A stretch of DNA of 64,000 bases from Candidatus Binatia bacterium (GTDB taxonomy: Bacteria > Desulfobacterota > Binatia > UBA9968 > CAXXLF01). Numbering within the stretch: position 1 is the stretch's first letter; the number at the start of each line of letters is the position of its first letter. This document shows positions 10,260-20,968 of the stretch, piece by piece. The notes below the pieces were generated by a model. That model saw only the letters and a list, made by a program, of their open reading frames with translations, was not told where the DNA came from and did no database searches. A program made the translations under genes and the position numbers. Where the stretch lies: the NCBI GenBank assembly GCA_963664015.2, contig CAXXLF010000002.1, positions 1,504,001-1,568,000 of the forward strand, given 5' to 3'.

Positions 10260-10440
10260 ATCGCAAGAGAAAGACAGTAAGCAGCAAGCAGGGGGCAGCA
10301 AAGCAGAAACTACAGACTAACGACAACTCCAAGGCAAAGCGCATAGAGCAGAGCGAAAATAGGTGTCAGCGATCAACTAATAGTAAAGGATTAATAAGAA
10401 TAAACCACGGAAGAGCAGTCAGGAGAGAATTTAAGGAGAA
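10260..10440 (+). repeat. Purine-rich mosaic linker
   Basis: GCAAAGCGCATAGAGCAGAGC, ACTACAGACTA and TCAGCGATCA words. Confidence 0.7.
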
Positions 10441-10446
10441 AGTCCT

Positions 10447-11892
10447 ATGAAAACAGACCTTGTGATTGTTGGCGCAGGATTGGCCGGTCTGGTGGCAGGG
10501 ATCGAAGCGAGGTCGCATAATGCAACGGCGCTGATCCTCGACAAACTTCCCCCACCCGAGGAGTGGAACGCCGTAACCCAGCTTCCCGGCGGGACCGGCA
10601 ACGACACCTTCCGGGCAGGGGGTGGCGGGTTAGCACGGTTCTCCGCCAAGATCCTGGCGGAACATCTGGAGCACGGCCTCGAGGAGGTCTTGGCTGGGGA
10701 TGATCCGGTCGAGATCCTGCTGCGGCGCCACAAAAAGTGGGGCTGGGATGCTGTTGACACCGATCTGCTCAGGACATACTTCGCTCACATCTTTGAAGAC
10801 TGTTGCTGGTTGAGAGACGAGCTAGGCTTGCCCTACGCCGGTCGGTCAGTCAAGGGCAGGGGTATTGGGCTCTATCGCTGCCTGTACCAGGAGGCTAAAG
10901 CCAGGGGCGTGGAGATGATGTTCAACAGCAGGGCCGAACGCTTGCTTGTCGACGACACGGGCAGGGTCTACGGCGTGCACGCTGCCCGGGAGGGGGAGGC
11001 TCTGCTGGACATTGAAGGGAACGCGGTGGTCTTGGCGACGGGCGGCTTTCAAGGTGACCGGGAGATGCTCTCGAAGTATGTCGATCCGAATATCGCCCAG
11101 CGTATTCAGACGGTCGGCAGCCCAGATAACACCGGGGATGGTCATCTGATGGCCCAGGCCCTCGGAGCTCAGGTCCGACATCTCGGCACCTGTCACGTGC
11201 GTACAACGGACATCTTCTTCGGACAGGGACCGTCTCGCCACATGCTGAACATCTACCGCATGGGCGTTTACTTCAACGAGCGCTTCGAACGGTTCGTGGA
11301 CGAAGGTGCGGCAGACAGTGACACCATTGCCAATGCCATCGCCCGTCAACCGGGAAATCAGGCCGGGTTGGTCTTCGATGAGAAAGCCAGGGTGCAGTAC
11401 CCGCGCGAATACGAAAGCTACCCTCGCCGGGACCAGGTAATCAAAGCGGCCGGCTCAATCGAGGAACTCGCTACCAAGATGGGGGTTTCATCTGATGGGC
11501 TGAGCAGGCTCATCACCTCCTTCAATGCTAACGTGAAAGAGGGTGAGGCATCGGGTCCCAACCTGCCAAAAACCGGGTCCGCCTACAAGATCGACACCCC
11601 ACCTTTCTATGGCTTCTATCCGGTACGACCGGCTTTGAACCACACGCTGGGCGGGTTGGTGATGAATGCAAACTGCCAGGTGATGAACTTGGAAGGCAAT
11701 CCGATTCCGGGGCTGTACGCGGCGGGTACTGTTACGAACTGGGCCTATGGACAGACATACGATATAAATGGCGTTACATCGTATCAAGGCAGCTATCATG
11801 CGGGTGCGACCAGCGGTGCGGGCATTGCGCTTGTGTTTGGCCGTCTCGCCGGCAAACACGCCCTCGAATCGGCTAATGCCGCTCCTGCATGA
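10447..11892 (+). CDS. FAD_binding_2 flavoprotein (fumarate reductase/TcuA/KstD-like)
   Basis: VIVGAGLAG, VVLATGGF, NTGDG, HTLGGL and PIPGLYAAG motifs. Confidence 0.85.
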   Translation: MKTDLVIVGAGLAGLVAGIEARSHNATALILDKLPPPEEWNAVTQLPGGTGNDTFRAGGGGLARFSAKILAEHLEHGLEEVLAGDDPVEILLRRHKKWGWDAVDTDLLRTYFAHIFEDCCWLRDELGLPYAGRSVKGRGIGLYRCLYQEAKARGVEMMFNSRAERLLVDDTGRVYGVHAAREGEALLDIEGNAVVLATGGFQGDREMLSKYVDPNIAQRIQTVGSPDNTGDGHLMAQALGAQVRHLGTCHVRTTDIFFGQGPSRHMLNIYRMGVYFNERFERFVDEGAADSDTIANAIARQPGNQAGLVFDEKARVQYPREYESYPRRDQVIKAAGSIEELATKMGVSSDGLSRLITSFNANVKEGEASGPNLPKTGSAYKIDTPPFYGFYPVRPALNHTLGGLVMNANCQVMNLEGNPIPGLYAAGTVTNWAYGQTYDINGVTSYQGSYHAGATSGAGIALVFGRLAGKHALESANAAPA

Positions 11893-11935
11893 GATTCTCG
11901 TCTTATGATCAGCCCCAATTGACAACCTCAACTCC

Positions 11936-12072
11936 ATGGCGGTTCACTGCATCGAGTTCCCCCCATGGACGTATAAGAAGAAGCATCGCCACGGTGTCGG
12001 CGCCCACGTCATTGTGCTGAACGGACAGGGATACTCTCTGTTATCTTTCGAGGGTGAGAAGGAACCCCGGCG
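11936..12072 (+). pseudogene. Cupin fragment
   Basis: EFPPWTYKKKHRHGVGAHVIVLNGQGYSL, truncated on both sides. Confidence 0.6.
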
Positions 12073-12209
12073 CAGCGACAATTTAAATTCAAAGGTGGAC
12101 GTTGGATCCGATCTTTTGGTATGCTTTAATGCCGTGATGAAAAACATGTGCGCCTGAGACAACGCTTCTTCCAGACTATAAATCCGTTGAATCCACAGAA
12201 GGTACCCCT

Positions 12210-14573
12210 ATGACCCAAAGCATTTCAGAAACCACACAGATGAAGATTGTGCGACTGATCGCTACGGAACTTGCGGTGAGGCCAGGGCAGGTCGCCGCCG
12301 CCGTGGCCCTCCTCGACGGAAGCTCGACCGTCCCTTTCATCGCGCGCTATCGCAAGGAGGCCACCGAGAATCTCGACGACACGCAGCTACGCACTTTGGA
12401 GGAGAGGCTGTTTTATCTGCGCGAGCTCGAAGAGCGGCGCGCGACAATCCTCGCCTCCATCGACGAGCAGGGCAAACTCACCGACGAACTGCGTGCCTCC
12501 ATCGAGTCGGCCGCCACCAAGCAAACTATGGAGGATCTGTATCTGCCCTATAAGCCCAAGCGCCGCACGCGGGCGCAGATTGCCCGTGAGGCCGAGCTGG
12601 AGCCCCTTGCCGATACCCTGCTCGCCTATCCCATGCTGAGTCCGGAGCAGGAGGCAGTGAAGTATGTGAACGACAGACCTGCTACTGAAAACGGCGTTCC
12701 CGACATCAAAACCGCGCTCGAAGGCGCCCGCGATATACTTGCCGAGCGGTTTGCCGAGACAGCCGAACTGCTGTCTAAACTGCGCGCGCGAATGTGGAAC
12801 GAGGGCCTTCTCACTTCCAAGGTCATGAAAGGCAAGGAATCCACCGCGGAAGAAAAGTTCCGCGACTACTATAATTATTCCGAGCCCATATGGAATATTC
12901 CCTCCCATCGCGCGCTGGCACTGTTTCGCGGCCGCAGCCTGGACGTCCTGACCCTCAATCTGACTTTACCCGAGGAACTCGAAGCCGCCGTGCCGCATCC
13001 TTGTGTTGGGATGATCGCGGCGCACTTCGGCATCGAAGAACGCGGGCGTCCCGCCGACGAGTGGCTAGCCGATGTTTGCAACTGGGCCTGGCGGGTCAAA
13101 GCCCATCTACATATTAGCACCGAGCTGCTCGTGCAATTACGCGAAGCGGCGGAAGCGGAGGCGATTAAAATCTTCGGACGTAATCTGCATGAGCTTATGC
13201 TGGCGGCACCCGCAGGCGCCAAAGCCGTGCTCGGCATCGACCCCGGCATACGCACGGGCTGCAAAGTGGCGGTGATCGATGCCACCGGAAAACTGCTGGA
13301 AACTGCAACCATCTACCCACACCAGCCACGCAACCACTGGCAGGAATCGCTAGGGACGCTGGCGCGCTTGATCGTCCATCATGGCGTGAAGCTGATCTCC
13401 ATCGGCAACGGTACCGCTAGCCGGGAGACCTATAAGCTCGCCGCCGAGCTAATCAAGTTTCTAGCCGTCAAAATGCCGGAGAGGAAGATCGATAAGATCG
13501 TCGTGAGTGAAGCCGGAGCTTCGGTCTATTCGGCGTCGGCATTTGCCGCTGCGGAATTTCCCCAGTTGGACGTGACCTTGCGGGGCGCCGTTTCCATCGC
13601 ACGGCGCCTCCAAGACCCTTTAGCCGAGCTAGTAAAAATAGATCCTAAATCCATCGGTGTCGGCCAATATCAACACGACGTAAACCAGCGTGCGCTGGCG
13701 CGTTCTCTCGACGCCACTGTCGAGGACTGTGTCAACGCGGTGGGCGTGGACGTGAACACGGCGTCGGAGCCGCTGCTCGCTCGCGTTTCGGGACTGAACA
13801 GTTTGATGGTGAAAAACATCGTTGAATTTCGTAATGCCAATGGCCCATTTCCAAATCGCAAAGCCATACGCAAGGTGCCACGCCTGGGCGACAAGACCTT
13901 CGAGCAAGCAGCGGGATTTTTGCGGATCAACGACGGCGATAATCCCCTCGACCGCTCAACGGTCCACCCAGAAGCCTATCCTGTGGTCGAGCGAATTCTG
14001 GCTCGCGTCGGCAAAGACATCGGCGAAGTGATGGGGCAGGCGGCACTGAAAGGGCTTTCACCCGCCGACTTCACCGACGATAAATTCGGTGTACCGACGG
14101 TTCAGGACATCTTTGCGGAGCTGGAAAAGCCCGGCCGCGACCCGCGCCCAGAATTCAAAGCCGCTACCTTCAAGGATGGCATCGAGACTCTCGCCGATCT
14201 GAAGCCGGACATGATTCTCGAAGGCGTTGTGACCAACGTTACTGCCTTTGGCGCGTTCGTCGACATCGGCGTGCACCAGGACGGCCTGGTTCACGTGTCC
14301 GCGATGGCCAACAAATTTGTCAAAGACCCCCAGGAAGTCGTCAAGCCCGGTCAAATCATCAAAGTGAAGGTCATGGACATCAACGAGAAACGCCAGCGCA
14401 TCTCGTTGACCATGCTCATCGAAAACACGGGCGGTGTTACGCCGCGCTCAAGTGAAATCCGTGCGGATGTTGCACGAGGCCCACGTAACCGGCGCCCCCT
14501 CGAACCCCAACGCGCTCCCCAGCCCAGGGGGGTTATCGCGTTGGCGCTGGAACGGGCCAGGCAGAAAAAATAA
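12210..14573 (+). CDS. tex: Tex family RNA-binding transcriptional accessory protein
   Basis: TVPFIARYRKEAT, GIDPGIRTGCK, DPKSIGVGQYQHDV motifs and a C-terminal S1 domain. Confidence 0.95.
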   Translation: MTQSISETTQMKIVRLIATELAVRPGQVAAAVALLDGSSTVPFIARYRKEATENLDDTQLRTLEERLFYLRELEERRATILASIDEQGKLTDELRASIESAATKQTMEDLYLPYKPKRRTRAQIAREAELEPLADTLLAYPMLSPEQEAVKYVNDRPATENGVPDIKTALEGARDILAERFAETAELLSKLRARMWNEGLLTSKVMKGKESTAEEKFRDYYNYSEPIWNIPSHRALALFRGRSLDVLTLNLTLPEELEAAVPHPCVGMIAAHFGIEERGRPADEWLADVCNWAWRVKAHLHISTELLVQLREAAEAEAIKIFGRNLHELMLAAPAGAKAVLGIDPGIRTGCKVAVIDATGKLLETATIYPHQPRNHWQESLGTLARLIVHHGVKLISIGNGTASRETYKLAAELIKFLAVKMPERKIDKIVVSEAGASVYSASAFAAAEFPQLDVTLRGAVSIARRLQDPLAELVKIDPKSIGVGQYQHDVNQRALARSLDATVEDCVNAVGVDVNTASEPLLARVSGLNSLMVKNIVEFRNANGPFPNRKAIRKVPRLGDKTFEQAAGFLRINDGDNPLDRSTVHPEAYPVVERILARVGKDIGEVMGQAALKGLSPADFTDDKFGVPTVQDIFAELEKPGRDPRPEFKAATFKDGIETLADLKPDMILEGVVTNVTAFGAFVDIGVHQDGLVHVSAMANKFVKDPQEVVKPGQIIKVKVMDINEKRQRISLTMLIENTGGVTPRSSEIRADVARGPRNRRPLEPQRAPQPRGVIALALERARQKK

Positions 14574-14603
14574 AATGTATGAAAGGCCGACCGTTAAGAG
14601 TTT

Positions 14604-14629
14604 TTAACCGCAGATTTACGCCGATTATC
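14604..14629 (+). repeat. 26 bp word, identical copy at 16125-16150
   Basis: TTAACCGCAGATTTACGCCGATTATC on both sides of SBP 14815-15948. Confidence 0.9.
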
Positions 14630-14814
14630 ACGGATAAGGATTCGGATATTTCATCGCAGAGACACACGAATAGACAGGGACAGGAAAAATGGACAAGACA
14701 AAAGGCAATGAGCGCGCCAGAATCCTAGCCACGGAGCAAAGTTAAGCAGCCACCTTTACCGTTGACTTGACCTCAAAAAAGCGGTAAACAGCCAACCTCG
14801 ATAGGAGGGAAGCA

Positions 14815-15948
14815 ATGAATACTACTATAGGCAAGTTTCTAGGTTTTTTGTTGTTCTCCTGGCTCGTTGCCGCACCTGTTTTTACTGGAGCCGGGAAGGC
14901 GCATGCTAACTGGGAGGCCGAATGGAAAAAAACGGTGGAGGCAGCAAAAGAAGAAGGCCAGGTCAGGATCTACCTCTCCTCTAACCAGAACACCCTGCTT
15001 ATAAAATCGGGGGCTTTTCAGAAGAAATTTCCGGAGATCAAGGTGATTCTCGCGCTGGGAAGTCCACTCCAACGCATCATGACCGAACGAAGAGTTGAGA
15101 AATATGTCGCGGATATCGCGTTCACCGGTCCAGGCAGTCTTTGGCAACTCTATCTAGCCAAGGTCCTGGACCCGGTTAGAGATACCATTATTTTACCTGA
15201 GGTCGCCGATGAATCGAAGTGGTTTAATGGAAAACACTACTACGTGGACAAAGAACGAAAATACATTATTGCCGGTGTTGGGAACGTCGACCTTGGAGCT
15301 ATTTTCTATAACACCAAACTCATCAACCCCAAGGATTTTAAATCCTTCTGGGATTTATTCCGTCCCGAATTAAAAGGGAAGATAATCTCCCGAGATGTGC
15401 GAAGCCAGGGCCCGGGCAGCGTTACCATGAGAATGTTCTATCACAATCCCAAGTTAGGGACAAAGTTCATCCATCGCCTCTTCAGCGAAATGGATATTAC
15501 CCTTTTCCGTAATCAACGGCAAGGAATCGATTGGCTTGCCACCGGGAAGTATCCTATCTGCTTGTTCTGCAGCAACTCGCGTATACATTTTGCCAAACGT
15601 CAGGGACTCCCGGTAGACAGTTTTGGACTGATGAAAGAAGGCGCAGGGCTAATTGTGAGTGGGGGGAGTATCAGCGTTGTGAAGGGGGCTCCTCATCCTA
15701 ATGCGGCGAAAGTTTTCATCAACTGGTATCTCTCCCGGGAGGGACAGATAGCGCTGCAATTGGGAGGTGGCGGCACGGCCAATTCGCGCCGGATAGACAT
15801 CCCCAAAGACATGGTCCAGCCTAATCGGCGCCCACAGAAGGGCGTCACGTATATCGATACTGAGACTTGGGATCGGATCTCCATGGAACCCGTGCTCAAG
15901 GTGTTAAAAGCTGCTTTGGCGGAAGCAGACAAAAGAAAGAAAAAATAG
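14815..15948 (+). CDS. ABC substrate-binding protein, 377 aa paralog 1
   Basis: Signal peptide, WKKTVEAAKEEG and APHPNAAKVFINWYLSREGQ motifs. Confidence 0.9.
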   Translation: MNTTIGKFLGFLLFSWLVAAPVFTGAGKAHANWEAEWKKTVEAAKEEGQVRIYLSSNQNTLLIKSGAFQKKFPEIKVILALGSPLQRIMTERRVEKYVADIAFTGPGSLWQLYLAKVLDPVRDTIILPEVADESKWFNGKHYYVDKERKYIIAGVGNVDLGAIFYNTKLINPKDFKSFWDLFRPELKGKIISRDVRSQGPGSVTMRMFYHNPKLGTKFIHRLFSEMDITLFRNQRQGIDWLATGKYPICLFCSNSRIHFAKRQGLPVDSFGLMKEGAGLIVSGGSISVVKGAPHPNAAKVFINWYLSREGQIALQLGGGGTANSRRIDIPKDMVQPNRRPQKGVTYIDTETWDRISMEPVLKVLKAALAEADKRKKK

Positions 15949-16053
15949 GCGACGGGACAGGAAAGGTTAGCTGTCAGCCGTCCGCCACACAAGCCAGAGA
16001 ACAGAGGTCAGAAGTCGGAGGTTAGACCACAGAGACAAAATGCTCGCGCAAAG

Positions 16054-16092
16054 AGCCTACTCCGCCGGAGCAGCGTCGGCTGCGAAGGCCGG
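16054..16092. mobile_element. 39 bp palindromic mini-insertion (REP/MITE-like)
   Basis: Absent from the homologous linker at 851-916. Imperfect hairpin GCCT..GCCG..CGGC..AGGC. Confidence 0.65.
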
Positions 16093-16299
16093 GCACAAAG
16101 GGCGCCAAGCTCGGAAAAGATAAGTTAACCGCAGATTTACGCCGATTATCGCAAACAAAGGCCAGGCCATTCAAAGCGGAAACACAACAAATAGATAGAG
16201 ACAGAGACAGTGCGTGAGAAGAGAAAGACAGTAGACAGGAGCGGAGGGCAGAGCGCAAAGCCTAGTTAGCGATCAGCTTCCAGCGAGCAGCAAGATCTC

Positions 16300-16342
16300 A
16301 AACGGGCGCCTCATGCTCTATTCACACGAGGCGCCCGTTTTT
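16300..16342. terminator. Intrinsic terminator hairpin between convergent SBP genes
   Basis: AAACGGGCGCCTC ... GAGGCGCCCGTTT followed by T residues. Confidence 0.8.
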
Positions 16343-16351
16343 ATAGGTCGC

Positions 16352-17485
16352 CTATTTTTTCTTCCTTTGATGCGCTTCCGCCAAAACAGCGTTGATTATC
16401 TTGAGCACCGGTCTCGTTGATATCCGATCCCAAGCGTCGACTTCAATATACTTGCCGTCTTTCATGAGCCGCCGGTTGGGTGGGATACTGTCCCTTGGGA
16501 TGTCCATCCGGCGGGAATTTGAGAAACCGCGTTTTAATGTTTGCAACGCTATCTGTCCCTCCCGGGAGAGATACCAGTTGATGAAGACTTTCGCCGCATT
16601 AGGATGGGGCGCCCGGTTGACAACGGTGAGACCGCCTCCTCCCGAACTCAACGCCGCGCCTTCTTTCATCAGCCCAAATTTTTCTACCGGGAGTCCCTGA
16701 AACTTGGCGTTTTCTATCCGCGAGCTGTTGCAAAAAAGACAGATGGGGAATTTGCCTGTGGAAAGCCAATCGATTCCTTGCCGTTGATTGCGGAAAAACG
16801 TGAGATCCATTTCACCGAACAGACGCTTGATGAATTTAACCCCGAGTTCGGGATTGTGATAGTAGAACTTGATGGTCACGCTACCCGGACCAGGGGATCG
16901 GATATCCCGGGCCGCCATCTTCCCCTTCATTTCAGGACGGAGAAAATCCCACATGGAACGAAATTTTTTAGGTTTAATCAAGTTGGTATTGTAGTAAAAA
17001 TTTCCCGAGTCCGGGTTCCCAATAGCGACAAAGATGTATTTTTCTTCTTTGTCTACGTACTGGTGTTTCCCCCTGAACCACTTGGACTCATCGATGACCT
17101 CAGGTAAAATCATAGCGTCCCTTACCGGATCCAGGACCTTGGCCAGATAGAGCCGCCAGAGGGTGCTAGGTCCGGTGAGTGCAACATCGGCGAGGTATTT
17201 TTCCACTCTTCGCTCGGTGAGGATGCGGTGGAGCGGGTTTCCCAGCGCGACAAGGAGTTTGATCTCCGGGTACTTTTTCTGAAAAGCCCCCGACTCTAGA
17301 AGTAGATTGCTCTGCCTGGACGAGGTGTAGATTGTAACCTGGCCTTCTTCTTTTGCGGCCTCCACCGTTTTCTTCCATTCGGCCTCCCAGTTAGCATGCG
17401 CCTTCCCGGCTCCAGTAAAAGCAGGTGCGGCAACGAGCCAGGACAACAACAGAAAACCTAGAAATTTGCCTATAGTAGTATTCAT
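16352..17485 (-). CDS. ABC substrate-binding protein, 377 aa paralog 2
   Basis: Same family motifs; 5' end nearly identical to paralog 1. Confidence 0.9.
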   Translation of the reverse strand: MNTTIGKFLGFLLLSWLVAAPAFTGAGKAHANWEAEWKKTVEAAKEEGQVTIYTSSRQSNLLLESGAFQKKYPEIKLLVALGNPLHRILTERRVEKYLADVALTGPSTLWRLYLAKVLDPVRDAMILPEVIDESKWFRGKHQYVDKEEKYIFVAIGNPDSGNFYYNTNLIKPKKFRSMWDFLRPEMKGKMAARDIRSPGPGSVTIKFYYHNPELGVKFIKRLFGEMDLTFFRNQRQGIDWLSTGKFPICLFCNSSRIENAKFQGLPVEKFGLMKEGAALSSGGGGLTVVNRAPHPNAAKVFINWYLSREGQIALQTLKRGFSNSRRMDIPRDSIPPNRRLMKDGKYIEVDAWDRISTRPVLKIINAVLAEAHQRKKK

Positions 17486-17732
17486 TGCTTCCCTCCTATC
17501 GAGGTTGGCTGTTTACCGCTTTTTTGAGGTCAAGTCAAGGTCGCGAATAGGGGGTTAAGTCTACGTTTGATTGGGCCCATCCTCTTCTCTATCTTTTGCT
17601 CCCTCCACTTCTTCCCTTCGAAGCTGTTGAGCTTCACTTGACGGCTATGCTAAAAGATATCGAAGTACAATCTAGCGCGCACCAAGCAATGGTGTTGATG
17701 ACGCGCTCAGACCATATGGAGGGAACCCAATT

Positions 17733-18341
17733 ATGAAACTTTATTATAAGGCAGGTGCATGTTCCCTGGCCTCGCATATCGCGCTCCGCGAGTCAGGACT
17801 GAGCTTCGAGCGCGAGGCCGTCGATACAAAAAGCAAAAAGACCGATAAGGACCGTGACTACCTTGCGATCAATCCAAAAGGTTACGTGCCGGCGTTGGGA
17901 CTCGACAACGGCGAAGTGCTCACCGAAGGTCCAGCCATTCTGCAGTATATCGGCGACCAAATACCCGAATCCGGGCTCGTACCGGCGGCGGGCACATGGG
18001 AGCGCTACCGTGTCCAAGAATGGCTCAATTTCGTCACTTCGGAGATCCACAAGGGTTTCAGCCCACTGTTGCGGCCGACAACGCCGGATGAATATAAGGC
18101 GATTGCAAAGGAGACACTCATCAAGCGCCTGGGCTACATTGCGCAGCACCTAGAGGGCAAGACCTACCTCGTCGGCGACAACTTCACGGTAGCCGATGCC
18201 TATCTTTTTACGATTCTAAACTGGCGCACACGTATCGGCCTGACTTTAGACCGTTGGCCGGTGCTGGAGCAGTATCAAGCCCGTTTGGCCGAGCGACCGT
18301 CCGTTCAGGCGGCGATGAAGGCAGAAGAATTGATAGCTTAG
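17733..18341 (+). CDS. gstA: Glutathione S-transferase, beta class
   Basis: GACSLASHI, INPKGYVPAL, TEGPAILQY and FTVADAYLF motifs. Confidence 0.92.
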   Translation: MKLYYKAGACSLASHIALRESGLSFEREAVDTKSKKTDKDRDYLAINPKGYVPALGLDNGEVLTEGPAILQYIGDQIPESGLVPAAGTWERYRVQEWLNFVTSEIHKGFSPLLRPTTPDEYKAIAKETLIKRLGYIAQHLEGKTYLVGDNFTVADAYLFTILNWRTRIGLTLDRWPVLEQYQARLAERPSVQAAMKAEELIA

Positions 18342-18408
18342 TTTGTCAGTGCGATTTGATTTATACCGTGGGCTCCGGGTCGGACGGCAAAAATAGCAAA
18401 TTTGACAC

Positions 18409-18445
18409 CGGTCCAGCACCATTCTCATTCCCAGGTGCTGGACCG
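18409..18445. terminator. Hairpin between convergent genes
   Basis: CGGTCCAGCACC ... GGTGCTGGACCG. Confidence 0.6.
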
Positions 18446-18462
18446 ATTCGGATCTAGTCACC

Positions 18463-19091
18463 TTAATTGGGCAGCATCTCGGCTGTTATCTGGCGCGGAC
18501 CGATACTCTCCTGGTATTTTTTAGTCTCCAGATCATACCGGCCGTGGAGATTGGTTGATATGCCGTCCTTTGCGCTTCGAATAATCACAGCGGCTGTTCG
18601 CTCGCCGATGTTAACCTCCAAATGGATGTCCCGTGGCCTGGCCAGGTGACATCCCCCGGCGCCGCCAGGTAATCAGAGGTCTTTTCCACTTCGGCGTGGT
18701 CAGGCTTGGACCCATCGTCGGTCCGCTTGTACAGCGTGATCCGCTCGTGCCCGTCCAACAAGCCGTAGGCAGTGTAGATGGCGCCATGATCGTGAGCACG
18801 TCTCGGCTCGCCCTGCGGCCGGCTCGCTTCATGGACCTGACCGTTTATGACAAACCCATAGTCCGGATCCTCGTAGAACAGCAGATTCCCGGCACGACGC
18901 TCTTCCGAACTAACAACAAAACCGGAGACTGGCCACCCCTTTGAGGCCTCACGAACCTCCGGATCTTCCAGAAGCTCCTTCAAGATGGGCGGCAGCGCCG
19001 CCCATCGTTTATCCAGGTCCGGCTCATCGGCGAACAGCTACCGCGTTTTGCGAATGAACCGTTCAAGTGCATTTTCGCCACGAGTTTCCAT
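18463..19091 (-). pseudogene. Cysteine-dioxygenase-like cupin protein with internal stop and frameshift
   Basis: YEDPDYGFVING, HDHG..YTAYGLL.G.E motifs. TAG near 19038 and frameshift near 18650. Confidence 0.65.
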
Positions 19092-19107
19092 AACTACGGG
19101 ACCCTCC

Positions 19108-19938
19108 CTATCGAAATGACTCTAAACTTGTTATTGCCTGGTTGCTTCGGCCGGCGCCAGCTAAGGACGAATCGCTAATTGCATAGAAACGGGCGCAGTT
19201 GTCCCACAGGATCTTCCGCTTGTCCTCTTCAGACAGCGGCAGTTGCAGGAAACTCTCCGTGGCTTGCGGATAGCGAGAATCGCCGTGGAGATAGTCGGTG
19301 GAGTACACGAGGTTATCGTTACCGAGGAAGTCGATGGTGTAGCGTGCCGGAGTTTCGTCCGGCTCCACCGAGGCGACACACTGGCGCTTGAAGTACTCGC
19401 TGGGTACCATGGTAAGCTCAGGCATGTCGAGGTCGCCCTCTAACTCGTAGGCTTCATCCAAGCGCCACAACAGCCACGGCAGCCAGGAGCAGTTGGCCTC
19501 CAAAAAGGCAACCTTGAGGGTCGGGTGCCGCTCGAGGACACCGCCGCAGAGGAAGCTGCCCACACCGAACATCTGGCCGATGGGCTGGCCGTAAGCCCGC
19601 TGGATACCAGAGAGCTGGCCGAACCAGGGTTTGCATAGTTGGGGGATGCTCGACCCAGAAGCCTGATGAAAGCCGAGCGGGATTTGCAAACGTTCTAGGG
19701 TATTCCAGAGGGGCTCGTAATAGGAATCGTGCCAGGCTTTGCCGTTGATGACATTGGAGCGCAGGAAGACCGCCTTGAAACCCAAGTCTTTTACCACCCG
19801 GTGCGTCTCCTCGACAGCGTCGTTGATGTCGTACACTGAGATCATGCCGGCGCCCAGCATGCGGTGCGGATCGGCCTGACAGAGCTCGTACAGCCATTCG
19901 TTGTAGGCTCGCGCGATAGCAGGGGCAAAGGTTGTCAA
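19108..19938 (-). pseudogene. Amidohydrolase_2 family protein lacking its N-terminus
   Basis: ARAYNEWL, VLERHPTLKVAFLEANCSW and STDYLHGD motifs; the N-terminal DxH motif is missing. Confidence 0.75.
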
Positions 19939-20055
19939 CCGTCATAAACCCCAATGGCTTTGCCCTACTGTCCCATTGTTGACAAGACCACGGGTGCAGG
20001 GATATGACTCACGGGTCAGGGCATCATCGATCAGCTTACAAAGAGGTAAACCAAT

Positions 20056-20886
20056 ATGGCGACAAGTATAGTTCTGGATTCGCGCGCGTCAGGAGCAAGA
20101 CGTTTTGTTGACAAAATCGCGGTCGTGGCCGGTGCAGGTCAAGGAATAGGAAGGGCAACGGCTCGGCGCCTTGCACAGGAGGGGGCAACGGTAGTGGTTG
20201 CTGATATCGTAGAGGCGACGGCTGAAAAAGTTCACAAGGAGCTTCAGGAGTTCGGTGCTTCTTCCGTCAGCTTCGTGGGTGATCTCTCCAAGCGGGAGAC
20301 CGCCCTGGCCCTGATGGCACATGCCAAGGTGACCTACGGGCGTATCGACGTCCTCGTGAACATTGTGGGAGGCACCATATGGGCACAGCCATTCCATCAC
20401 TACAATCCAGATCAGATTGAAGCCGAAGTTAACAAGTCATTCTGGGCACCCATATGGCTGAACTGGGCCGTGCTGCCGTATATGATCGAGCAGAAATCGG
20501 GTTCGATCGTTAACATGGGTTCCCATGCTGTCGTGAGTACCGATCGGGTCCCCTACGCGGCTTCCAAAGGTGGAGTGATTGCTCTGACCACGTCTCTGTC
20601 GAAGGAGGTCGCCCAATATGGCATTCGCGTCAATTGCGTCGCACCTCACGCTACCGTCGCCCAAGACCGGGTAACACCCAGAAACCCAAACCAAGCACTA
20701 AGCCCCGAGCAAAAGGCCGCGAAGGAAAAGGAACTAAACGAACGGCGGTGGCGTGAGATTCCAATGCACAGGACCGGCATACCGGAAGAACAGGCGGCGG
20801 CCATTGCATTCCTCAGTTCGGAAGACGCTTCATTCATCACCGGTCAGGTTCTGCCTGTCGGGGGGGGAGCCACTTTCCCCTTTTGA
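20056..20886 (+). CDS. SDR oxidoreductase, BenD/XylL-like cis-diol dehydrogenase
   Basis: GAGQGIG, GGTIWAQPF..Y...QIEAEV and PYAASKGG motifs. Confidence 0.8.
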   Translation: MATSIVLDSRASGARRFVDKIAVVAGAGQGIGRATARRLAQEGATVVVADIVEATAEKVHKELQEFGASSVSFVGDLSKRETALALMAHAKVTYGRIDVLVNIVGGTIWAQPFHHYNPDQIEAEVNKSFWAPIWLNWAVLPYMIEQKSGSIVNMGSHAVVSTDRVPYAASKGGVIALTTSLSKEVAQYGIRVNCVAPHATVAQDRVTPRNPNQALSPEQKAAKEKELNERRWREIPMHRTGIPEEQAAAIAFLSSEDASFITGQVLPVGGGATFPF

Positions 20887-20968
20887 CCGGACCTCCGGGT
20901 TTTTACCGCCTACGTACGAGTTCATGTGGAATGTAAAGGGAACCCACGGGCGTAAGCCAGTGGAGACT

